The notes under the pieces were generated by a model. It did no database searches, had not been told where the DNA came from, and saw nothing but the letters and a program-made list of their open reading frames with translations. The position numbers and the translations under genes were made by a program. Positions 9,757 through 19,789 of a stretch of 64,000 bases of DNA are shown in pieces. Numbering within the stretch: position 1 is the stretch's first letter; every line of letters starts with the position of its first letter. The DNA comes from an uncultured Pseudomonadota bacterium (GTDB lineage: Bacteria; Oederibacteriota; Muellerivitia; Muellerivitales; Muellerivitaceae), in the NCBI GenBank assembly GCA_963836235.1, contig CAWIIP010000002.1:1632001-1696000 (forward strand). Reading direction: 5' to 3'.

Positions 9757-11541
9757 TTACTTGCTTAAAGAATACTTCTCCTCGGCCAAACGGTACAGCT
9801 TCTTCCAGACCAACCGGTTGAAAGTCACCACCATGAGGGACATCACCACCACGCTGGCCGCCAGCATGGGAAAATCCGCCTTAGCGGCGGAAACGCTGAT
9901 CTGGGAGCCGATCCCGAAGGCCGTCAAGGACTGGCCTTTGTCCGTCACGTATTCGGCCACGATGCTGGCGTTCCAGGTCCCCCCGGCGGAAGTGACCATA
10001 CCCGTCACCAGGTAGGGAAAAATACCCGGAAGCAATACTTTGGTGAATTTCTGCCAACCCGATATGCGGTACATCCGGGCGGCCTCCAGCAAGTCGGAAG
10101 GGATGTTCATGGCCCCCGCGATCACGTTGAACAAAATGTACCATTGAGCCCCCAGAAGCATCAAAGCCACGCTGCCCCAGTTGAGGGAAATGCCCATGAA
10201 CTTCATGACGATGATGACGTAGGAAAACAGCATGGGGGCGGGGAAGGAGGCGGCCACCTGTACAAAGGGCTGGCTGACGCGGGAAAGACGGGGAGAAAGG
10301 CCGATCCAAAGCCCAACAGGAATGGTCCAGAGCGAGGAGAGGACAACCGCCGCCACCACCCGTCCTAGAGTGGCTAGGGCTTCTTCTACGATCAAAAGCC
10401 ATTGCGCCAACTGGACTTTTGAAAAAAGCTCAATAATTTTCCAGGCTCCAAAAAACATTGAGCCCATGAGCAGTAAAAAAGCCAATAAGGAAACGATACG
10501 GCTGAGGGAAGTGGGGATGGAAATAGTGGGGATTTTCGTCTTGAGTGTTGCGGTGGGAACGGCCGAGTCCCCCAATTGTTCCTTTGGCTTACGCTTAAAG
10601 AGGTTTTCCAAAAAACGGAGGACTTGAGAGCGGTTAAGGAAATCCAGGAACCAGGAATGCATCGCCTCCTCGGCACCGCCCTCCTCCACACGGAATTTCT
10701 GACCCCAAACCACCAGGGGCCGCCAGAGAAACTGGTCCAAGGCCACGATCATCAGGATCATGGCGATCACGCCCCAGAATTTCGCCGTTTCGTCTCCCTT
10801 ATCGTTGGCGTAGCTCATGTAAGACCCCAGACCCGGCAGGCGGAAATCCTTGTCTCCCAACTGGAAAGTTTCCATGACCGTGATAAAAAACCAGCCACCC
10901 GCCATACTCATCATGCTGTTCCAAATGAGTCCCATTGCCGAAAAAGGGATTTCCAATTTAAGCGCCTTCTGAAGCCAATTAAACTGATAAACCGCCGCAG
11001 CTTCCTGGAGATAAAGGGGGACGGCCCGGAGGGATTGGTAAAAACTGAAGGTCATATTCCAAACCTGGCCGGTGAAAATCATGATGACAGCCGCCAATTC
11101 CAATCCCACATTACTATTAGGAAAAAGTGCGACCAGGGCCAGAACCAGTCCCGGCATAAAGCCCAGAACCGGAATGCTCTGGAGGATGTCCAAGAGGGGA
11201 ATGAGCACTTTTTCGGCCATGTGGTCCTTTGCGGCCCAATAACCGTAGGCCAGCGTGAAAAAAAAGGAAAGAACATAAGCCATTAAGCCACGGCAAAGGG
11301 TGAAGAGGGTATATTTGGGCAGTGCCCAGGGTGAAAGATCGATCTCAACCGTGGAACGGTGCTGGCCCGTCCATTCTCCGGCGACGTTCATGATCCCGAA
11401 AATCAAACCGATGAGGCCCAAAAGAAGGCCCAAATCCACCCACCAGATTTTCTGGTAGAAAGAAAGAAACGAAGTGGCTTCACCCCAGATCTTTCGGATT
11501 TGTTTAGGTGCGTTCCCGCCCCAAATGTTTTTGATTTCCAT
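9757..11541 (-). CDS. NitT/TauT-family ABC transporter permease (two fused permease domains)
   Basis: LDILQSIPVLGF, WNSMMSMAGGWFF, two EAA motifs; likely start MEIKN. Confidence 0.88.
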   Translation of the reverse strand: MEIKNIWGGNAPKQIRKIWGEATSFLSFYQKIWWVDLGLLLGLIGLIFGIMNVAGEWTGQHRSTVEIDLSPWALPKYTLFTLCRGLMAYVLSFFFTLAYGYWAAKDHMAEKVLIPLLDILQSIPVLGFMPGLVLALVALFPNSNVGLELAAVIMIFTGQVWNMTFSFYQSLRAVPLYLQEAAAVYQFNWLQKALKLEIPFSAMGLIWNSMMSMAGGWFFITVMETFQLGDKDFRLPGLGSYMSYANDKGDETAKFWGVIAMILMIVALDQFLWRPLVVWGQKFRVEEGGAEEAMHSWFLDFLNRSQVLRFLENLFKRKPKEQLGDSAVPTATLKTKIPTISIPTSLSRIVSLLAFLLLMGSMFFGAWKIIELFSKVQLAQWLLIVEEALATLGRVVAAVVLSSLWTIPVGLWIGLSPRLSRVSQPFVQVAASFPAPMLFSYVIIVMKFMGISLNWGSVALMLLGAQWYILFNVIAGAMNIPSDLLEAARMYRISGWQKFTKVLLPGIFPYLVTGMVTSAGGTWNASIVAEYVTDKGQSLTAFGIGSQISVSAAKADFPMLAASVVVMSLMVVTFNRLVWKKLYRLAEEKYSLSK

Positions 11542-11752
11542 GGCAGGACATCTTTCGTAAGGGACTTGGAAAAGAATGATCCGAACGTCGGATGGTTTCC
11601 TTTTCCGATGGGTCCTGGTGAACCGCCTGGAAATCATAAGCCCGGAGCGTGGACGAACAAAGTAAAAACTTTTTAAAATGGCCGGAAAGACTTGATGTTA
11701 AACTGGGCTCAACCATGGAAACAAAACTGAAGGCCCCGGAGATTTTACAAAG

Positions 11753-12688
11753 GTGAAACGCATGAACCGGTTGGTTCCTTCCACTCTTCTTTTAGGTTTT
11801 TTATGTTTGGGTCTGCCGTCCCTGATGAGGGGCCAGACGGGCCCTATGGAATGGAAGTCGGCGGAGGATATCCTTGGAAGAAGCGGAGCCAAACAAAGTG
11901 GATCCCTTCAAGCCCTCTTTCCCCGAACCGATTTGAATGTCGTGGTCAATGGCATGCCATTGGAGCCGGAAGGTTTGACCAGTTGGTTTATTTTTAGGCC
12001 AGAAGGCAAAAAGACCCGCCTAGTGGGTGACGTCGTTTTGCTGGACAGGGAAGTGCCGAGAACAATGGCCCAAGCGCTGCGGAACGGATTAGAAATAACG
12101 GCTCTTTATAATCCTTTTTTAAATGAATCCCCGGGCATTAAGCGCCTGCGGGTTCGGGGAAAAGGCGCTCAATCCAGCCTGGCTTGGGCGGTTAAGCTGA
12201 TCCTTTCTTCCACCGGTACTCCCATGGGCCCGTCAGTTTTACCCCTTTCAGGGGAGGGGATTGCGATTGAAACCCCTTATAAAGGACCCCAAACTGCCTT
12301 GGATTGGTCCAAAACCGTGGCCATCCTGGGTCTAGGAAAGATCGAGGGACGAACAATCCAATTTACATTTCCGTCGGAGGAAGCTACCCCGGGACCAGGA
12401 GTTGAAATTCAAGGAGATGGGGATCCGACCGCCACCCTTTTTCTGCAAAAGACGCAAGAGGGTTCCTTCGCAGCGATGGGCACATTTGTTTTAGCTGATG
12501 AGAAAGCGAAGATTGTCATGGAAAACCTCATCCGACACCATATCACTGTCACTTCGTTTCGAAACCAAGGCTCGAAAGAAGAGCCGCGGTTTTTCTTTTT
12601 GAACTTTTGGATCATGGGTGAGGAAACGGAAGTGGTGGAAAGTTTGAAAGAGGCATTGGATCAAGCCAATTTGTCTCCAGATCCCTAG
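11753..12688 (+). CDS. Secreted tandem DUF1259 (LppY/LpqO-like) domain protein
   Basis: Signal peptide; FPRTDLNVVV...GDVVLLDREV...NGLEITAL, and a second repeat GTFVLADEK...ITVTS...EEPRFFFLNFW. Confidence 0.7.
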   Translation: MKRMNRLVPSTLLLGFLCLGLPSLMRGQTGPMEWKSAEDILGRSGAKQSGSLQALFPRTDLNVVVNGMPLEPEGLTSWFIFRPEGKKTRLVGDVVLLDREVPRTMAQALRNGLEITALYNPFLNESPGIKRLRVRGKGAQSSLAWAVKLILSSTGTPMGPSVLPLSGEGIAIETPYKGPQTALDWSKTVAILGLGKIEGRTIQFTFPSEEATPGPGVEIQGDGDPTATLFLQKTQEGSFAAMGTFVLADEKAKIVMENLIRHHITVTSFRNQGSKEEPRFFFLNFWIMGEETEVVESLKEALDQANLSPDP

Positions 12689-12882
12689 TGGTAAAAGACT
12701 TTTGCGGAAGACCTAAAAGTGGACTTAATGGTTAAGATAAGCGTCAAGAAAGTTTATAAAGATAGCTTTGTCGCTATTGATATCGGCTTGGTTAATTAGA
12801 GGGGGTGGCCTTTTTTCGGCGGAGGTTCATGTTAAAATGCGCCCTCATTTAAAAGGGCAAACTTCAAAAGGGGAGGCGGACT

Positions 12883-14316
12883 ATGGCGGAGCAATTGAAA
12901 CAGGCGGACTTCGGGGTTTTGGGAATCGCGGTCATGGGCGAGAACTTGGCCATGAACATCGAGGACCATGGGTTTTCAGTGGCGGTTTGCAATCTCCGTA
13001 GCGACCGAGTGACCCCCTTTATGAAGCGCAACGAGGGTAAAAAATTCATCGGAGCCCATTCCCTGGAAGACTTCGTGAAGGCCCTGAAGTCCCCTCGTCG
13101 AGTGATGCTCATGGTTAAGGCGGGCGACCCTGTTGACGACGCCATCAAACTTTTGAAGCCCCTCTTGTCCAAGGGCGACATTATCATTGACGGAGGGAAC
13201 TCCTGGTTCAAGGATACCCAGCGCCGGGAAGCGGAACTCACTAAGGAAGGTTTTTACTTTTTCGGCGCCGGCGTTTCCGGCGGTGAAGAGGGAGCCCGGT
13301 TCGGCCCCTCCATCATGCCGGGCGGAAGCCCTCAAGCTTACGAGTTCGTGAAGCCCATTTTTGAGGCCATCTCAGCCAAGACCAACTCGGGCCCCTGTGT
13401 GACCCATTGCGGTCCCGATGGAGCGGGACATTTCGTGAAAATGGTCCATAACGGTATCGAGTATGGTGACATGCAGTTGATCGCTGAGTCCTACGATATT
13501 TTGCGAAAAGTATTAGGGTTGAAGGCTGCCGAACTGGCGGAGATTTTCACCGAGTGGAATAAGGGAATCCTGGATTCTTTCCTGATCGAGCTGACCGCCA
13601 AGGTCTTCACCGTGAAGGACGATGAGACGGGGAATCCCCTGGTAGACATGATCCTGGACAAGGCGGGACAGAAGGGCACGGGCAAGTGGACGGCCCAAAT
13701 CGCGTTGGACATGGGAATCCAAATACCCACGATTGCCGCGGCCATCGACGGCCGGGGGCTTTCCAGCATCAAAGAAGAACGTGTGGCGGCCTCCAAGCAA
13801 ATCAAGGGTCCGGCATCCGTGACGAAAGAGGATAAGAAACAACTGATCGACGCGGTACGGGATGCTCTTTATGACTCCAAGGTTTGTTCCTATACACAGG
13901 GCATGAGGCTGATCAAAGCCGCTTCGGATGAGTACAAGTGGAGTGTCAACCTGAAGGAAATGGCCCGCATTTGGAAGGGTGGGTGTATCATCCGAGCCAA
14001 ATTGCTGGATGAGATCATGAAGGCTTATGACCGCAATCCAAATTTACAATCCCTATTGCTGGATGAATCTTTCAAGAAGCAAGTGGAATCCACCCAGGCC
14101 AACTGGCGCAAGGTGGTTTCGGTGGCGGTGACCAATGGTATTCCGGTGCCAGCCATGAGCGGAAGCTTGGCTTATTTCGACAGCTACCGCACGGCGGACC
14201 TGCCCCAAAACCTGACCCAGGCGCAAAGGGACTTCTTCGGGGCCCATACCTACGAACGGACGGACCACCCGGAGAGAGGATTTATCCATACTGATTGGCT
14301 ATCAAAAACAAAATAG
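12883..14316 (+). CDS. gnd: NADP-dependent 6-phosphogluconate dehydrogenase
   Basis: GIAVMGENLA, GHFVKMVHNGIEYGDMQ, QAQRDFFGAHTY. Confidence 0.97.
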   Translation: MAEQLKQADFGVLGIAVMGENLAMNIEDHGFSVAVCNLRSDRVTPFMKRNEGKKFIGAHSLEDFVKALKSPRRVMLMVKAGDPVDDAIKLLKPLLSKGDIIIDGGNSWFKDTQRREAELTKEGFYFFGAGVSGGEEGARFGPSIMPGGSPQAYEFVKPIFEAISAKTNSGPCVTHCGPDGAGHFVKMVHNGIEYGDMQLIAESYDILRKVLGLKAAELAEIFTEWNKGILDSFLIELTAKVFTVKDDETGNPLVDMILDKAGQKGTGKWTAQIALDMGIQIPTIAAAIDGRGLSSIKEERVAASKQIKGPASVTKEDKKQLIDAVRDALYDSKVCSYTQGMRLIKAASDEYKWSVNLKEMARIWKGGCIIRAKLLDEIMKAYDRNPNLQSLLLDESFKKQVESTQANWRKVVSVAVTNGIPVPAMSGSLAYFDSYRTADLPQNLTQAQRDFFGAHTYERTDHPERGFIHTDWLSKTK

Positions 14317-14428
14317 AAGGGTTAGCTGTTTACCCTTAGCTGTCAGCAATATAGAAAGGCGAAACCGGGAAGCCAATCAGGACGTCTAAAGAAAGCGGGA
14401 TAAAGACCGCCATTTAAGGAGGAGAAGG

Positions 14429-14998
14429 ATGCAAACAAAAATTTTTGCCATAGTTTTCATTTTAATGGGTTTGACAGTGATTCAGGCTTCGGCTCAGAAC
14501 TTTAATTTGGGAGTGGAAGCGGGCGCCAACTTCTCGAACTTTATCGGGAGTGGTGTAAGCCAAATCGGAGCCGTGAATGATTCTAAGCTTGGGTTTGTCG
14601 GAGGGGGATTTTTGTGCCTCAATTTTGGAAATTCTTTCGCTATTCGGCCTGAAGTGCTTTACGAACAAAAGGGCAACGCCATTTCGGGGACCAGCACCAC
14701 GACCGAACTGGATTACATTGAGGTTCCGGTGCTCTTAAAGGTGGGTTTGGGGTCGCCGGTGTTCAATCCCTCTATTCTTTTGGGACCTTCCTTTAGTTGG
14801 AACCTGTTAGCCCAATCGAGTGGAACTAATTTGAGCGGGATCAATAGCTCGGATGTTGGTTTAGTCGGCGGAGTAGAAATCGATATCGACAAGTTCCTGG
14901 TTTCGGGCCGGTATGAATTGGGGCTGGATAACGTGAAGAGCAATACGAACGTCCAAAACGGCACCCTTACCTTCCTGGTCGGCTATTCTTTTATATAA
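14429..14998 (+). CDS. Small outer-membrane beta-barrel (porin/PorT-like family)
   Basis: Signal peptide ASA-Q; GVEAGANFS, IRPEVLYEQKG, LDYIEVPVLLK; terminal GYSFI. Confidence 0.8.
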   Translation: MQTKIFAIVFILMGLTVIQASAQNFNLGVEAGANFSNFIGSGVSQIGAVNDSKLGFVGGGFLCLNFGNSFAIRPEVLYEQKGNAISGTSTTTELDYIEVPVLLKVGLGSPVFNPSILLGPSFSWNLLAQSSGTNLSGINSSDVGLVGGVEIDIDKFLVSGRYELGLDNVKSNTNVQNGTLTFLVGYSFI

Positions 14999-15026
14999 AA
15001 AGTCGTTGAAAAGGTTGAAAAGACTG

Positions 15027-15054
15027 AAGGCCCGGGAAATCCCGGGCCTTTTTT
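15027..15054 (+). terminator. Rho-independent terminator
   Basis: aaggcccggg-aaat-cccgggcctt followed by a T run. Confidence 0.85.
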
Positions 15055-15099
15055 ATTTCTACCTATGGATAGTAGGGATGAAGATGGGCGTTCTAGGGC

Positions 15100-15117
15100 T
15101 TGTGAAATCTTTCACAT
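15100..15117. promoter_or_regulatory. Rex/CRP-type operator 1 upstream of nuoA
   Basis: TTGTGAAATCTTTCACAT fits the Rex consensus TTGTGAA-N4-TTCACAA except the last base, and fits CRP TGTGA-N6-TCACA exactly. Confidence 0.75.
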
Positions 15118-15182
15118 TAAAATTTGTCGAAAGGGTCATTTCCGCCTCAAAAACCCCAATAGGCCGACTGAAATAGATTAGT

Positions 15183-15200
15183 TTGTGAAATATTTCACAT
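15183..15200. promoter_or_regulatory. Rex/CRP-type operator 2 upstream of nuoA
   Basis: TTGTGAAATATTTCACAT, one mismatch from operator 1, 83 bp downstream. Confidence 0.75.
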
Positions 15201-15311
15201 TGAAATTTCGGCCTTTAGGCCCCTATAATCCCTCAAATTTCGCCCTTCAGTTTCCCCAAAGCCTGTCAAACTCCATCAGGGGCGAAGTAACTTACAGAGG
15301 GGGTTCCGGGC

Positions 15312-15689
15312 ATGAATTTCGACACACTCGAAAATCTACTTCCCATAGTCCTCGCTTTCGTTTTGGCCATGGCAGTCCCCGCAGCCATGTTGCTTTTGTC
15401 CGCTTTACTCGGCCCTCGGCGGGACAACGAAACCAAACTTTCCTCTTATGAATGCGGCATCCAGTCCCCGGCGGTATCGGGCGACGCCCGACACCACTTC
15501 AACGTAAAGTTTTACCTGACCGCCATGTGTTTCTTGGTGTTCGACGTGGAGGTTGTTTTCCTTTTTCCCTGGGCGGTTCTATTCCAGAAGATGGCCTGGG
15601 GAGGGTTCTTTTCCATGCTGGGTTTCCTTGGGGTTCTCGCCTTCGGCTGGTTCTACCTGTTGAAAAGGGGGGCCTTGGAATGGGAGTAG
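15312..15689 (+). CDS. nuoA: NADH-quinone oxidoreductase subunit A
   Basis: [28 protein letters not shown]. Confidence 0.96.
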   Translation: MNFDTLENLLPIVLAFVLAMAVPAAMLLLSALLGPRRDNETKLSSYECGIQSPAVSGDARHHFNVKFYLTAMCFLVFDVEVVFLFPWAVLFQKMAWGGFFSMLGFLGVLAFGWFYLLKRGALEWE

Positions 15690-16183
15690 AAACCTTTCCC
15701 GTCATGACGACACGCAAAGACGCGGTCATTGCCTGGGGACAGAAGAATTCCCTTTGGCCGATGCCTTTTGGCACGGCTTGTTGCGCTATTGAGTTTATGG
15801 GCGTTGTGTCCTCGGTATTCGACTTGGCCCGGTTCGGGGCGGAGTTGGTGCGCTTTTCCCCGCGGCAGTCGGACCTCCTCCTGGTGGCCGGTACGGTCAC
15901 TTTCAAACAAGCGCCTATCCTGAAACAAATCTATGAGCAGATGTGCGAGCCCAAGTGGGTCATTTCGATGGGAGTTTGCGCTTCAGCGGGAGGTTTCTAC
16001 AACAACTATTGCACCGTGCAGGGCATCGACCAGGTAATTCCGGTGGATGTCTATATTTCCGGCTGCCCACCCCGGCCGGAAGCCATACTGCAGGCTGTTA
16101 TGAAGCTCCAGCATAAAATTGAAAACCCCAACACTACGCCGCCGGCGCAGTTCAAGGTAGCCGAACCGCATTTTGATTACTAA
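15680..16183 (+). CDS. nuoB: NADH-quinone oxidoreductase subunit B
   Basis: [24 protein letters not shown]; start at ATG 15680. Confidence 0.96.
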   Translation: MGVETFPVMTTRKDAVIAWGQKNSLWPMPFGTACCAIEFMGVVSSVFDLARFGAELVRFSPRQSDLLLVAGTVTFKQAPILKQIYEQMCEPKWVISMGVCASAGGFYNNYCTVQGIDQVIPVDVYISGCPPRPEAILQAVMKLQHKIENPNTTPPAQFKVAEPHFDY

Positions 16184-16209
16184 ACCCAGTTCATGGACTA
16201 GGCAAAAGA

Positions 16210-16749
16210 TTGAATAACGAAAATCTGTTAACGCAATTAACTGAAAAGTACCCGAAGGCCGTGCTGGGTTCTTGTGACCGGTTTGGGGCATTAGAAATTC
16301 AAGTGCACCGGGCGACTATCGCCGAGGTGGTGAAATTCCTGAGGGATACCCCGGGGTTCGAATTCAACATGCTGATCGATCTGGTCTCGATTGATTATTC
16401 AAACTACCCCGGATGGACGGGGGATCGATTCGGGATTGTCTATCTTTTAAAGGCGCTCAATCTCGGGCACCGGCTACAGTTAAAAGCGACCGCGCCGGAA
16501 GACGAGGCGGTAGTTCCAACCCTTTCGGGACTTTACGGCAACGCGGATTGGCTGGAGCGGGAGGCTTATGACCAAATGGGAATCCGCTTCGCGAACCACC
16601 CCAATTTGAAACGGCTCCTGAACCACCACGAGTTTGTGGGGCATCCGCTTCGCAAGGACTATCCCATCACCCGGCGCCAATGGCTTTCGGCAAACGAGTC
16701 CCTGATGGATGAAATGGAAGTCCGGTTAAAAGAAAAGGATTACGAATGA
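16210..16749 (+). CDS. nuoC: NADH-quinone oxidoreductase subunit C
   Basis: ADWLEREAYD, GHPLRKDYP. Confidence 0.95.
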   Translation: MNNENLLTQLTEKYPKAVLGSCDRFGALEIQVHRATIAEVVKFLRDTPGFEFNMLIDLVSIDYSNYPGWTGDRFGIVYLLKALNLGHRLQLKATAPEDEAVVPTLSGLYGNADWLEREAYDQMGIRFANHPNLKRLLNHHEFVGHPLRKDYPITRRQWLSANESLMDEMEVRLKEKDYE

Positions 16750-17999
16750 CCACCGTACTTGATACGAAAACCCTTCTCCCAACCGTCTCTGAAAATTCCG
16801 CGTCGGGATTGGATTCGGTCCGGCATAAGGACAAAAAAGACCTGGTCTTTGTGAATCTGGGACCCAGCCATCCGGCGACCCACGGTACTTTAAGGGCGCT
16901 TTGCGCGTTGGATGGGGAAACTATCGTGGCGGCGGTGACTGAGATGGGCTATCTGCACCGGGGTTTCGAAAAGGACTGCGAAGTCCATACCTTTCAGCAG
17001 GTGATCCCCTATACAGATCGGCTCAATTACGTTTCCGCCATCATGAACAACGTGGGTTTCTGCAAGGCGGTGGAACGGATGCTCCAGATCCAAATCCCCG
17101 AGCGGGCCCTTTACCTCCGGCTCATCACTTGTGAATTGAATCGCATTATCGACCACTTGGTCGCGGTAGGAGCAAACCTGGTGGACATCGGGGCTCTGAC
17201 CAACTTTTGGTATTCTTTCAACGCCCGGGAAAAGGTCTATGACATCCTCGAGAAACTCTGCGGCGCTCGCTTGACTTCCAGTTATACCCGCCTGGGCGGC
17301 CTGTCCCGCGATGTTTACCCCGCATTCGGGGACGAGGTGAAAGCCGTCCTGAAGGAGATCAAGAAAAGCGTAGGAGAAATCCAAGGCCTTGTTTCCAAGA
17401 ATCGTATCTTCTTGGACCGGACGAAGGATATTTGCGTGATCTCCCAAGAGACGGCCATCTCCTACGGCTGGACCGGGCCCACCCTCCGGGCGACGGGGGT
17501 CGAATACGATTTGCGCAAGGCCGAGCCTTATTACCATTACGAGGATTTCAAATTCGAGATTCCCGTCGGGAGCAAGGGTGATATTTACGACCGCATCTTC
17601 GTGCGCCTTTTGGAAATTGAGGAATCTTCCTCCATCATCGAGCAGGCGCTGAGGAAACTTCCCAAGGGACCCATCATGACCGATGACAAGCGGGTAGCTT
17701 TGCCGCCCAAGCAGACCACCTACGGCAACATCGAGGGGCTCATGAACCACTTCAAGATCATCATGCACGGCATCTGCCCCGAACCGGGTGAGATATATGA
17801 CTTCACCGAGGCCGCCAACGGCGAGTTGGGCTTTTACGTCATCGCTGACGGGACCAAGAACCCCTACCGGGTCAAATGTCGGCCGCCTTGCTTCATGAAC
17901 TTCGCGGCTTTCCACGGGATGATCGAGGGGGGCATGATCGCCGACGCGGTGGCGAATTTGGGGTCGATCAACATCATCGCGGGCGAATTGGATCGATAA
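16746..17999 (+). CDS. nuoD: NADH-quinone oxidoreductase subunit D
   Basis: NLGPSHPATHG, GYLHRGFEK, terminal GELDR. Confidence 0.96.
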   Translation: MTTVLDTKTLLPTVSENSASGLDSVRHKDKKDLVFVNLGPSHPATHGTLRALCALDGETIVAAVTEMGYLHRGFEKDCEVHTFQQVIPYTDRLNYVSAIMNNVGFCKAVERMLQIQIPERALYLRLITCELNRIIDHLVAVGANLVDIGALTNFWYSFNAREKVYDILEKLCGARLTSSYTRLGGLSRDVYPAFGDEVKAVLKEIKKSVGEIQGLVSKNRIFLDRTKDICVISQETAISYGWTGPTLRATGVEYDLRKAEPYYHYEDFKFEIPVGSKGDIYDRIFVRLLEIEESSSIIEQALRKLPKGPIMTDDKRVALPPKQTTYGNIEGLMNHFKIIMHGICPEPGEIYDFTEAANGELGFYVIADGTKNPYRVKCRPPCFMNFAAFHGMIEGGMIADAVANLGSINIIAGELDR

Positions 18000-18016
18000 A
18001 ACTTTTAAGGATTTTT

Positions 18017-18496
18017 ATGCCGGTAACTTTTAAACCTGAAGTCGTCAAAGAATTCGAAGGTATCGCTTCCCGCTATCCCCAACGGCGCGCGGCGCTTTTG
18101 CCCGCCCTTTGGCTGGCCCAGCGGGAGTTCGGCTGGGTTTCCCTCGACGCCATGAAGGCGGTGGCGGACCTGGTGGGATGCTCGCCCGCCCAGGTATTGG
18201 AGACGGCGAATTTCTACACCATGTACCAGAAGCAAAAGCCGGGCAAGTACCACCTACAGGTGTGCCAGACCATCTCCTGCCTCTTGAACGGTTCGGAAGA
18301 GATCAAGAAGACCGTCCAAGCTAAGTTGGGGATCAAGAACGGCGAAACCACTAAGGACGGCCAATTCAGCTACCAGGCGGTGGAATGCCTGGCCTCCTGC
18401 CATACCGGGCCCTGCATGCAGGTGAACGACGATTACCACGAAAACCTGACGCCGGAAGGCGTCGGGAAGTTAATTGACGAGTTACAAAAGAAATAA
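18017..18496 (+). CDS. nuoE: NADH-quinone oxidoreductase subunit E
   Basis: VCQTISC...ECLASC 2Fe-2S ligands; start MPVTF. Confidence 0.95.
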   Translation: MPVTFKPEVVKEFEGIASRYPQRRAALLPALWLAQREFGWVSLDAMKAVADLVGCSPAQVLETANFYTMYQKQKPGKYHLQVCQTISCLLNGSEEIKKTVQAKLGIKNGETTKDGQFSYQAVECLASCHTGPCMQVNDDYHENLTPEGVGKLIDELQKK

Positions 18497-18508
18497 CGGA
18501 AGAAGACC

Positions 18509-19789
18509 ATGGCAGACTTTGAACCACAACTGACCAAACGATTCGGCATCAAGGACAGCCACACCTTGAAGGTGTCCCTGGAAACGGGCGGCTACGCCTC
18601 CTTGAAGAAACTATTCACTATGAAGCCCCCCGAGGTCATCGAGGAAGTGAAGGCATCCGGCCTTAAAGGAAGAGGTGGGGCGGGTTTTCCCGCCGGGATG
18701 AAGTGGTCCTTCGTGCCTCAAAATACCGGCAAGCTCATCTATCTGGCGGTCAACGCCGACGAAAGCGAACCCGGCACCTTTTCGGACCGGTATGTGCTTT
18801 TAAACGATCCCCATTTGCTCATCGAAGGAATCATCTGCGCCAGTTATGCCATCAACTGCCATACGGCTTATATTTATTGCCGGGGCGAATTCGCCCAACA
18901 GGTCCAGCGGTTGAACGGCGCGATTGAGGAAGCCAAGAAGGCCGGTTACCTGGGTAAGAACATCCAGGGCTCGGGATTCGATCTGGAAGTCTATGTTCAC
19001 CGCGGCGCGGGAGCCTATATCTGCGGCGAGGAAACCGGACTTTTGGAATCGCTGGAAGGCAAGCCGGGCAAACCCCGCATCAAGCCGCCCTTCCCGGCGG
19101 TGGTGGGGTTGTTCGGATGCCCCACCATCATCAATAACGTGAAGACCCTTTCCTCCGTACCCTGGATCATCTCCAATGGCGCCGCCGCCTACACGGCCTT
19201 GGGCACCAAGGAATCCCCCGGCACCCATATTTTCGGCCTTTCGGGACACGTGAACCAGACGGGTTTCTGGGAAATGCCCTTCGGCCTTCCCATGATGGAT
19301 TTCATCAATAACTATGGCAAAGGAGTCAAGGGCGGCAAGCTGAAAGCCGTCATTCCCGGCGGGTCCTCCTGCCCGGTCTTGACCGCCGAGGAATGCAAGG
19401 ACCTGACCCTCACCTACGAGAGCATGAGGGACCACAAGACCATGTTCGGCACGGGTTGCGCCATCATCATGAACGAGCATACCGACATAGTGAAGGTCCT
19501 GAAAAACCTGACCCATTTCTATGCCCACGAGTCCTGCGGCCAATGCACGCCCTGCCGCGAGGGAACGGCCTGGGAAGACCGCATCATGAAAAAAATCCTG
19601 GACGGGGAAGCCACGACGAAGGAACTGGAACTGATGCTGGAGATCGCCGACAACATGGAAGGGAAGACCATCTGTGTGCTTTCCGCCGCCCTGGCCATGC
19701 CGGTGCGGAGCTTTCTCAAGAAATTCCGGGCCGACTTCGAGAAATACTGCAAACCGGCTTTGGTAGCCGTGCCGGAGGCGGTTTCCTAA
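18509..19789 (+). CDS. nuoF: NADH-quinone oxidoreductase subunit F
   Basis: GRGGAGFPAG, NADESEPG, GAGAYICGEET, ESCGQCTPCREG. Confidence 0.97.
   Translation: MADFEPQLTKRFGIKDSHTLKVSLETGGYASLKKLFTMKPPEVIEEVKASGLKGRGGAGFPAGMKWSFVPQNTGKLIYLAVNADESEPGTFSDRYVLLNDPHLLIEGIICASYAINCHTAYIYCRGEFAQQVQRLNGAIEEAKKAGYLGKNIQGSGFDLEVYVHRGAGAYICGEETGLLESLEGKPGKPRIKPPFPAVVGLFGCPTIINNVKTLSSVPWIISNGAAAYTALGTKESPGTHIFGLSGHVNQTGFWEMPFGLPMMDFINNYGKGVKGGKLKAVIPGGSSCPVLTAEECKDLTLTYESMRDHKTMFGTGCAIIMNEHTDIVKVLKNLTHFYAHESCGQCTPCREGTAWEDRIMKKILDGEATTKELELMLEIADNMEGKTICVLSAALAMPVRSFLKKFRADFEKYCKPALVAVPEAVS

Noticed and set aside
11545-11660. ykkC/guanidine-like riboswitch near the ABC operon
   Set aside because: Only ATAAGCCCGGAG resembles the 3' motif, it is on the wrong strand for the transporter, and the CUAGGGUUCC core is missing.
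19393-19788. Long N-terminal extensions in the ORF track for nuoB, nuoE, nuoG and nuoJ
   Set aside because: They overlap upstream genes; downstream starts match the family N-termini.
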